From Microcystis aeruginosa NIES-2549 (GTDB taxonomy: Bacteria > Cyanobacteriota > Cyanobacteriia > Cyanobacteriales > Microcystaceae), in NCBI RefSeq assembly GCF_000981785.2, contig NZ_CP011304.1:2970001-3002000 (forward strand): a stretch of DNA of 32,000 nucleotides. The letters are read 5' to 3'. The position numbers and the translations under genes were made by a program. Of this stretch, positions 24,712-31,437 are shown piece after piece; within the stretch, counting starts at the first letter, position 1; every line of letters begins with the position of its first letter. Under the pieces are notes generated by a model. It saw only the letters and a list, made by a program, of their open reading frames with translations. It made no database searches and was not told the DNA's origin.

Positions 24712-25283
24712 TGTTGACAGGGACTAAAAGAGCGCCGGTGCTGAGAAGTAAGTCCATAGTTGCCAATCGCTTCTAGGTGTTGAGCAGTGCCATAACCCTT
24801 GTGACGAGAGAGTCCATAATTGGGATAGCGTCCGTGCCAACGAGTAATTAAGTCATCGCGCCAGACTTTCGCCACGATACTAGCTGCCGCAATTACTGGC
24901 GATTGTTGATCTCCCCGAATTACCGCCTTTTGGGGGATTGACAAATCTTTAATAATGTGCCTACCATCGAGCAAGCAGAGATTGGGGGAAAGGGGTAATT
25001 TCCCGATAGCTCTGCTCATTGCCAGTAGGGAAGCATGAAAAATATTCAAGCGATCGATCTCTTTAACCGTAGCATAACCGATGCGACAAACAAAATCCCG
25101 TTGTATTTGCTGGCTCAATTTTTGCCGTTTTTGGGGGCTAAGTTGCTTACTATCCTTCACCCCCAACTCCCACAGCTGCGGAAAACCAGAGGGGACAGTG
25201 ACCACTACCGCCGCCACCACGGGGCCAAATAAAGCCCCGCGCCCCACTTCATCGACACCGGCAATTAAGGGTTCTGCACTCAT
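24708..25283 (-). CDS. rnhB: Ribonuclease HII
   Basis: N-terminal IAGVDEVGRGALFGPVVAAVV (the DEVGRG metal-binding motif) and a typical length of 191 aa. The start overlaps the rne stop (ATGA), matching the conserved cyanobacterial rne-rnhB operon. Confidence 0.9.
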   Translation of the reverse strand: MSAEPLIAGVDEVGRGALFGPVVAAVVVTVPSGFPQLWELGVKDSKQLSPQKRQKLSQQIQRDFVCRIGYATVKEIDRLNIFHASLLAMSRAIGKLPLSPNLCLLDGRHIIKDLSIPQKAVIRGDQQSPVIAAASIVAKVWRDDLITRWHGRYPNYGLSRHKGYGTAQHLEAIGNYGLTSQHRRSFSPCQH

Positions 25284-27451
25284 GACTCATCGGCAGTGGC
25301 GGAAGAACGACGACGACGACGACGCAGCACCATGGTTTCAGCCTCTATTTGTCGGTCTTCTGTCACCTCGTCGCTCACCGGGGTCTCTAAAGGAATGACT
25401 TCACCCAGAAAAACTGGAGTTTCGGGCGCAATCGGTTCGGGGCTAAAAGTCACTGGCGGACTAGCTTCTTGGTCGATTTCCTGACTAACTTCGCTAGTGG
25501 TGGAACGACGACGACGGCGCACCAAGGGACGATTTTCGGCTTCCTCGCCGGTTTCCGTCGCCTCTATTGGGGCAGTGGCGGCTGTGTCCTCGGCTTCTGG
25601 GGTGGGAGTCAAGGATATTTCAGGAGTGGCAGGCGTTTCTGGGTTTTCCGCTTTTCTTTCCCCTGCCAGTTTCACGGAAACAATCACCGATTTCGGGTCT
25701 TTAAACTCCTTATCCACCAGAATCAGGGGTGAAATGCCCATTAAAGAATAAACTTCCTGTTCTACGGGGGTCATTTCCACGGAAACCCTTTCCCGTTCGG
25801 CGACGGGGATATTTTTGCCCGCACTGGCATCTTCTCCCCGTTTCGATAGACGGGCGGGGCGTTCTCGTTTTTCCTCAAGGCGTTGGGGTTCTGATTCCGG
25901 CTCGATTTCGTTGTTAACACCGTTAGTAGAGGCTTTTTCGCTCCGTTCCTCTTTGAGTAACAGTTCCGAGGGACGACGACGACGGCGACGGCGAGAATTA
26001 TTAACCTGTTCTTGATAGTTGGGATGGAAGGAAAGATCCATTCCTTGGGCGTTTTCTTCGGCCTCAAATTCGGGGAAAACTTCTAGATAGGGTTCGGCAG
26101 CGGCAACGCTAGGAGCGCTCTTATCGGGCAGAACTTTTGTATTAGTCGGCGCAACGACAAAGGTTTCTTTTTCCGCACGGCTAACGGTGGCGGTTTCCAG
26201 GGCGATGGCGTTGCCTTCTCCGGGTAGATGGGCTAAATGGCCTAGTCCGCCGCAATGGTCACAGGTTTTGCCGAATAATTCATAAATGTTTTTCCCTTGA
26301 CGCTTACGAGTTAATTCCACTAACCCCAATTCCGATAATTGGGCAATCTGGGGCCGGGCCTTGTCACTTTTCAGGGCCTTATTAAACAATTCCAGTAGTT
26401 TCAACTGGTCGCGACGGGAATCCATATCGATGAAGTCCACCACCACCACACCGCCGATATTTCTCAAGCGCAGTTGTCGGGCGATTTCTGTGGCGGCCTC
26501 GCTATTAGTCCAGAGTACGGTTTCTCGGGCCGTGGCCGAACGGGTAAAGGAACCGGAGTTAACATCAATTACCGTTAAAGCTTCCGTCGGTTCGATGATA
26601 ATGTAGCCGCCGGAGGGTAAATCAACCCGGGGTTTCAGGGCCTCGCGAATGGCGGCGTTAACCCGGAAATAGTCGAGAATTGGCTGGGTTTCCCGATGGG
26701 AGTCGATATAAACCCCTTCGAGAGCTTTGCCGCCGCCCCAGTTCGTCAATTGTTGTTTAACTCGTTTTACCGCCACCGGGTTATCCACAACAATGCGATT
26801 GACATCGGCACTGTACATATCCCGCAAAACCCTTTGAATAAAGTCATCATCGCGGTTCAGCAGGGCCGGGGCGCGGCTGCTGACGGCCATCTGTTGGATA
26901 TTCTCCCACTGTTTTTGCAGAAATTCCAAATCCTCGATAATCGCTTCTTCCGCTTTGCCTTCGGCCTCGGTGCGTACCAGCAAACCCATCCCCGCCGGTT
27001 TGACCAAAATCCCTAAAGCTCGTAAACGGGAGCGCTCATCTTCACTGCGAATGCGACGGGAAAGATTCACCCCGCGACCATTGGGCATCAATACCAGATA
27101 ACGGCCCGGGAGAGTGACATTTCCCGTTAGCCGCGGTCCCTTGTTGCCGGTGGGTTCTTTCATTACCTGTACCAGCACTTTTTGCTGGGGGGCCAGTAAT
27201 TCGGTGATAGCACCGGCAGTTTTTTTCAGTCTTAAGGGGCCCAGGTCGGTGACATGGATAAAGCCATTGCGTTCCGCATCGCCAATATTGACAAAGGCCG
27301 CATCTATCCCAGGGATGACATTTTCTACTAATCCTAGATAGATGTCGGCCACCTGCTGATTACCTGTGGCTACAACTAATTCCTGAATTTGATCTTCCCA
27401 AAAAACAGCCGCTATATGGTGTTGTTCGGCTATGATTATTTGTTTTGGCAT
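25280..27451 (-). CDS. rne: Ribonuclease E (cyanobacterial type)
   Basis: N-terminal S1/catalytic region: VADIYLGLVENVIPGIDAAFVNIG, IDVNSG, a CxxC Zn-link (CDHCGGLG). The C-terminal half is low-complexity, with Arg-rich blocks and the terminal RRRRRRSSA nonapeptide. GAGGAA lies 7 nt upstream of the ATG. Confidence 0.92.
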   Translation of the reverse strand: MPKQIIIAEQHHIAAVFWEDQIQELVVATGNQQVADIYLGLVENVIPGIDAAFVNIGDAERNGFIHVTDLGPLRLKKTAGAITELLAPQQKVLVQVMKEPTGNKGPRLTGNVTLPGRYLVLMPNGRGVNLSRRIRSEDERSRLRALGILVKPAGMGLLVRTEAEGKAEEAIIEDLEFLQKQWENIQQMAVSSRAPALLNRDDDFIQRVLRDMYSADVNRIVVDNPVAVKRVKQQLTNWGGGKALEGVYIDSHRETQPILDYFRVNAAIREALKPRVDLPSGGYIIIEPTEALTVIDVNSGSFTRSATARETVLWTNSEAATEIARQLRLRNIGGVVVVDFIDMDSRRDQLKLLELFNKALKSDKARPQIAQLSELGLVELTRKRQGKNIYELFGKTCDHCGGLGHLAHLPGEGNAIALETATVSRAEKETFVVAPTNTKVLPDKSAPSVAAAEPYLEVFPEFEAEENAQGMDLSFHPNYQEQVNNSRRRRRRRPSELLLKEERSEKASTNGVNNEIEPESEPQRLEEKRERPARLSKRGEDASAGKNIPVAERERVSVEMTPVEQEVYSLMGISPLILVDKEFKDPKSVIVSVKLAGERKAENPETPATPEISLTPTPEAEDTAATAPIEATETGEEAENRPLVRRRRRSTTSEVSQEIDQEASPPVTFSPEPIAPETPVFLGEVIPLETPVSDEVTEDRQIEAETMVLRRRRRRSSATADES

Positions 27452-28139
27452 TCAATTTCCTCAATCTTTCGGTTTCAAAAGCGACGGACCATGGGCTATT
27501 TGTCTATGCTTTGAGGCTACTTCTGGAAATCTGGTCTTGTTAAGAAAGTTCTAAGAAGATGAGTCCGCATCGTTAAAGCCTCATCTTGATGTTCATCTGC
27601 CTCTCAGACCTGGGAACTGAGTCTTGGTTTCAGTTGTTAAGTCTGTTTGGCAACTGCCGGCTTGACCCACAATTGGACAAGCACAGCCAGGAGACGAGAT
27701 TTTCAATTAATCCCTGAGTCTTGCTCGATAACAGCATTTTTTATCCGTTTCCGCTGGTTCTGTCTATCAGAATCTAGGAAAAAAGGAGTTTTTGAGTTAC
27801 TCCCCTCGGCAACGGGTTTCTGTGGACGGGAAAAATAGCGCACTTTTCAATTTTCCAAAAACCACGATTCTTTTAAGAAATGCTTTAATCGAGTCTTATA
27901 GACGACTATAACTCACTGGGTCACTCTCTGACAAGACGATGATCCCCTGACCAAGATAAATTTTTCGGGGCAAGAAAGGAGTCAGGAGCAATGATAGGCA
28001 ATAAAATAGACCTAAAAAGCTATATAGCCGACTTTTTAGGCTAAAATTCCCTTTTTATCCCCTTTTGGCTTTCTTAAGAATTAATTAACCCGCTAGTACC
28101 GCTAGTATTATCGACGAGATGACCAGATTGACGGTTTCC

Positions 28140-28331
28140 TTAATCCCTTAATTCCTGTTCTGGTAAGGCGATAACGTTCAAAATTCCCTGTAAATCGGCT
28201 TCTGACTCGATTTCTAGCAATTCTTGCCGGTAGGGACGATAACGGTATAGTCGATAACCTTTCCCCTTTAACCATCGGGCCGCGGCCAAATTACTGCCTT
28301 GATTACCGGCAATATTTTCGTAGAGAATCAA
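28140..28331 (-). CDS. Small hypothetical ORF, possibly a gene remnant (no ATG; TTG start only)
   Basis: A 63-codon ORF that opens two codons after a TAG and contains no internal Met. The sequence ...NLAAARWLKGKGYRLYRY... loosely resembles C-termini of FkbM-type methyltransferases, from memory only. Confidence 0.25.
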   Translation of the reverse strand: MILYENIAGNQGSNLAAARWLKGKGYRLYRYRPYRQELLEIESEADLQGILNVIALPEQELRD

Positions 28332-28342
28332 GCGCTAAATAA

Positions 28343-29098
28343 TCACTCATAATCTAGTATGGCCTGCACCCATTTGGGCGGACGAGAAATCGGATTACCG
28401 AGGCGATCAAGAACTAATAACGCCACTAAATGCACGGCAAATAAGTATAATAAACTATTGACAAATATGCCCACAACTGCTACCGATTGCACTTGCAGCA
28501 GCGTCGGTTTAGCGAGAATCCCTAACCAGGTGAAAATCCAATCGATAAAATTAGTCGCTTGGGTAATCACATATAACCAGAGATTTTCGCCTAAAAGAAT
28601 TGAAAACAGCCAAAAACGAAAGAATAAACCAAAAGCCCCCAACAGTCCCCCGGTCAAGATAGAAAATTCCCAGCGCGCACCCCGGCGCCAGCATAGCCCC
28701 AATTGTAACCCCATCAGGCCGTGGGGAATCAAAAAGACGATACTGCGAGTCGGTCCCATTAACACCGACAAAAGTAAACTAGAAACTAATGCTGTCATCC
28801 AAGCACAACGAGCGCCCCAACGTAAATAGGCTAAAGCGATAGGAATCGGGAAGAAAACCCTTAATAACGGTCCCAGGGGAAAATAATAATCAATTAACCA
28901 GATTAAACTGGTAGCACTGGCCAAAAAAGCCGTCTCCACCGTGATCAGGGTAGCGATAGACTTGAGAGGAGATGGTTGGATAGGTTTGGTTGTGGGTTTA
29001 TCTAGGGGTTTCTCCTCTTCCCCCAGATCTACCCAATTGGTTTCATCTATTGTCTCTTGTGAGGATTGAGCGGGAGCATTAGCGTTAGAATCGTTCAT
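28343..29098 (-). CDS. Polytopic membrane protein (DUF2232-like, conserved in cyanobacteria)
   Basis: ATG start. A hydrophilic N-terminus of about 45 aa is followed by about 6 hydrophobic segments (e.g. LITVETAFLASATSLIWLIDYYF, WMTALVSSLLLSVLMG, VVGIFVNSLLYLFAVHLVALLVL). The family assignment is from memory. Confidence 0.6.
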   Translation of the reverse strand: MNDSNANAPAQSSQETIDETNWVDLGEEEKPLDKPTTKPIQPSPLKSIATLITVETAFLASATSLIWLIDYYFPLGPLLRVFFPIPIALAYLRWGARCAWMTALVSSLLLSVLMGPTRSIVFLIPHGLMGLQLGLCWRRGARWEFSILTGGLLGAFGLFFRFWLFSILLGENLWLYVITQATNFIDWIFTWLGILAKPTLLQVQSVAVVGIFVNSLLYLFAVHLVALLVLDRLGNPISRPPKWVQAILDYE

Positions 29099-29246
29099 TC
29101 TATCAGTTATCCGGTGGTCGGGACGGGGTGGCCAGCTATTCTTAGCTTAGACTGGCGACTCCCAGTCAGACAAGAGGCAAAAGGGGGAATAAATAATCAG
29201 TCTTTAATAAGGGACTTGCATGGGAATAATATCCCAATCGATCGGA

Positions 29247-29314
29247 GGGCGCAAGCTTTGCGCCCCTACAGTAACGGATTTTGTCCACAATGTAGGGGCG
29301 AACTGCGTTCGCCC
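29247..29314. repeat. Two related GC-rich hairpins (REP-like)
   Basis: gggcgcaa-gct-ttgcgccc (29247-29265) and gggcgaac-tgc-gttcgccc (29296-29314). Both are perfect 8-bp stems with 3-nt loops, and each is followed by a (c/g)tacag motif. A third half-site, gggcgaa, lies at ~29345. Confidence 0.7.
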
Positions 29315-29358
29315 AAAAGGTACAGGGTTTGCGGCAAAAAGTACGGGCGAATGAGTAG

Positions 29359-29469
29359 GTAGTGGATTGTTTCAGCTAATTTGGTGTATTAGAAAAATGC
29401 TAGAAATTCTATAATCTAAGACTTTAAGCCGAAATCTATTGCCCTATTTTAGCTGAAACAGTCCACTAC
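29359..29469. repeat. 21-bp terminal inverted repeat enclosing 69 bp (MITE-like or structured RNA)
   Basis: gtagtggattgtttcagctaa (29359-29379) versus the reverse complement of ttagctgaaacagtccactac (29449-29469). One mismatch, which would be a G-U pair in one transcript orientation. Confidence 0.7.
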
Positions 29470-29484
29470 GGCTCTCAATTTTCT

Positions 29485-29514
29485 AAAAAAAAAATCGACC
29501 CGTCTAAGGGCGGG
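29485..29514 (-). terminator. Possible weak intrinsic terminator after the kinase gene
   Basis: On the minus strand a short GC stem (cccg...cggg) is followed by tcga and a T10 run (the plus-strand A10 at 29485-29494). The stem is weak. Confidence 0.3.
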
Positions 29515-29547
29515 AGACAAAGGGCAAAAGAGCAAAAGAACAAAGGG

Positions 29548-31131
29548 TTACAGAGTCCTCCCAGCACCGCACACCACCCGAAAACCGAAGTTGCCGGTGT
29601 CGTCGTCGCGGCGGTAGTAGTAGTAGCGGTAAGCAGAACGGCAGTAAGCGGGATTGAAGCACCAAGAACCGCCCCGCAGACACTTAAAGTGCTGAGAACG
29701 ATTATCATTATTGATAAGCCACGCCGATCCATCCTTTGGCGCTCCGATATAGTTATCGTGCCAATCGTCTTCGCACCATTCCCAAACATTGCCACTCATG
29801 TCATACAGTCCCCAAGCATTGGGGTTTTTCTGGCCCACAGGATGAGTTTTACCCCGAAAGAACCCCGAATTTCCGTCATACCAAGCGTAATTTCCTAATT
29901 GATTAGCATCATCACCGAAATAATAACGAGTAGTGGTCCCCGCACGACAAGCATATTCCCATTCCGCTTCCGTCGGTAGGCGATAGGTTTTCCCTGTTAT
30001 TTGACTCAATTTCTGACAAAAAGCTTGAGCATCGTTCCAACTAACATTTTCTACCGGATTTTGCGGATTATTTTTAAACCGAGAGGGATTGGTTCCCATT
30101 ACTGCTTGATATTGTGCCTGAGTCACAGGATATTTCCCAATCGCAAAACTGTTGACTTTAACTTGGTGTGAAGGCTTTTCATAATTGAAAGCATCAGAAT
30201 CACTGTCAGGAGATCCCATGAGAAATTCACCTGCTGGTAAGTTCACCATCTCTAGTGTTACTCGATTGGGTAGTTTTTCGGTAAATGGAGTAGGTGAAGC
30301 AATTAGGGGTATTGGTGAAACAGGCTTTTTGAGTGCTTGTAAGGCATTTAAAACCTGTTGTGCTGTCCATCTTTGTCTTCTATCTTTTTGCAAACACCCT
30401 TCAATAATCGGTTTAAACTCTTTCGGTAAACTGGGGATTTGTAGCTCACAATTTATCACCTTTACCATTAATTGATTATTGTCATTATTGAACTTATAGG
30501 GAAATTGATTAGTGGTCATTTGGATTAACATAATACCTAATGACCACAGATCCCAAGCTGAGGAAATATCACCCCTAAAGGCTTCGGGAGGCATATAAAT
30601 AATTGTACCGGTATTGTGGACTGTTTGAGTGTGGCTTTTGTTATTTAAGGTTCTAATTAAGCCAAAATCTGCTAACTTGTATTGTTGATTAACCTTGAGG
30701 ATATTACCCGGTTTTAAATCTCGATGGACTTTATTTTGTCGATGAAGATAATTTAAGCCCTGGGCGACTTGAGCAGTAATATTTTTAATCTCATCCGCTG
30801 ACAAACTGGCTTTGGCAATGTGATTTTCTAGGCTACCCTGTGCCAATTCCATCACTAAATAAAGCATTTCAGTATTGAGAAAAGTAAATTCCCCCACCGC
30901 ATAACTCTTAATTAAATTAGGATGTTCTAACTTTCTGGAATTTGTTAACTCAATTAATTTATCATCGCTACTTTCGGGGATAACTTTAATGGCAACTTCT
31001 TTGACCGATGTATTTCTGACCATTTCACTAGCATGAAATACACCACCAAAACCACCCGCACCGAGAAATTTATTAAGACGATAGGAGCCTATTTGTTGCC
31101 CTTCTAACATCTTCATCATTTGGTCTAGCAT
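29548..31131 (-). CDS. Ser/Thr protein kinase fused to a formylglycine-generating-enzyme (SUMF1/FGE-sulfatase) domain
   Basis: Kinase motifs: GAGGFGGV, VAIKVI, HRDLKPGNIL, DFG, PPE. C-terminal FGE-type motifs: GKYPVTQAQYQAVMG, NVSWNDAQAFC, YRLPTEAEWEYACRAG, GLYDMSGNVWEWCED, LRGGSW. The ATG at 31131 has AGGAG 8 nt upstream. The track ORF begins at a TTG at 31155. Confidence 0.88.
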   Translation of the reverse strand: MLDQMMKMLEGQQIGSYRLNKFLGAGGFGGVFHASEMVRNTSVKEVAIKVIPESSDDKLIELTNSRKLEHPNLIKSYAVGEFTFLNTEMLYLVMELAQGSLENHIAKASLSADEIKNITAQVAQGLNYLHRQNKVHRDLKPGNILKVNQQYKLADFGLIRTLNNKSHTQTVHNTGTIIYMPPEAFRGDISSAWDLWSLGIMLIQMTTNQFPYKFNNDNNQLMVKVINCELQIPSLPKEFKPIIEGCLQKDRRQRWTAQQVLNALQALKKPVSPIPLIASPTPFTEKLPNRVTLEMVNLPAGEFLMGSPDSDSDAFNYEKPSHQVKVNSFAIGKYPVTQAQYQAVMGTNPSRFKNNPQNPVENVSWNDAQAFCQKLSQITGKTYRLPTEAEWEYACRAGTTTRYYFGDDANQLGNYAWYDGNSGFFRGKTHPVGQKNPNAWGLYDMSGNVWEWCEDDWHDNYIGAPKDGSAWLINNDNRSQHFKCLRGGSWCFNPAYCRSAYRYYYYRRDDDTGNFGFRVVCGAGRTL

Positions 31132-31202
31132 AATAATAACTCCTGAATTAGCCAATTTTTACGTTCTGTAACTATCCTATTAAGTGGGTGGTTTTAACGA
31201 AG

Positions 31203-31252
31203 GCAAGAGGCAAAAGCTTTATCGAAATGTGTAATTAATTTTGCTTAGGTAC
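31203..31252 (-). repeat. ~50-bp dispersed repeat, copy 2 (inverted relative to 21511-21567)
   Basis: Its reverse complement is gtacctaagcaaaattaattacacatttcgataaagcttttgcctcttgc. Confidence 0.85.
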
Positions 31253-31391
31253 TTAATACTAAATCTGGCTATTAAATACTGATTATTTATTCCCTCGAGT
31301 AGAAAACGAGTTTCTCGGAAAAACCCGTTTTCTGTGGGTTACTCAACGGATTTAGTATTAGTATGACTTGGGGTTCGGTTATCTCATAATC

Positions 31392-31417
31392 AAAAAAAGG
31401 TGGGCGATAAACCCACC
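31392..31417 (-). terminator. Rho-independent terminator of the CO2-hydration protein gene
   Basis: The minus strand reads ggtggg-tttatcg-cccacc followed by T7, about 20 nt after the TAA at 31438-31440. Confidence 0.75.
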
Positions 31418-31437
31418 AGAAAAATAACCCAAAAACC

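Noticed and set aside
24096-24776. ORFs 24096-24407 (-) and 24579-24776 (+) overlapping the SDR gene
   Set aside because: They overlap a well-supported SDR CDS and the rnhB 3' end, and no independent signals support them.
25035-27341. Many 60-106-aa ORFs antisense or off-frame within rnhB and rne
   Set aside because: They are products of the (CGN)n repeats and GC-richer composition of the rne C-terminal region. Their translations are Arg/Ser/Gly low-complexity with no family resemblance.
27647-27838. 63-aa plus-strand ORF in the rne upstream region
   Set aside because: It has no SD and no recognisable family, and it lies in a probable 5' UTR/promoter region on the opposite strand.
29066-30475. 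ORFs 29066-29362 (+), 29475-29795 (-), 29689-29898 (+), 30185-30475 (+)
   Set aside because: The first is read across the GC hairpins and repeat elements of an intergenic spacer. The others overlap the kinase-FGE CDS in other frames or on the other strand.
31290-31345. gaaaac...gttttc-like short palindromes, considered as CRISPR repeat remnants or attenuator structures
   Set aside because: There are only two weak AT-rich stems with bulges. There is no regular repeat-spacer periodicity, and no cas genes are in the window.
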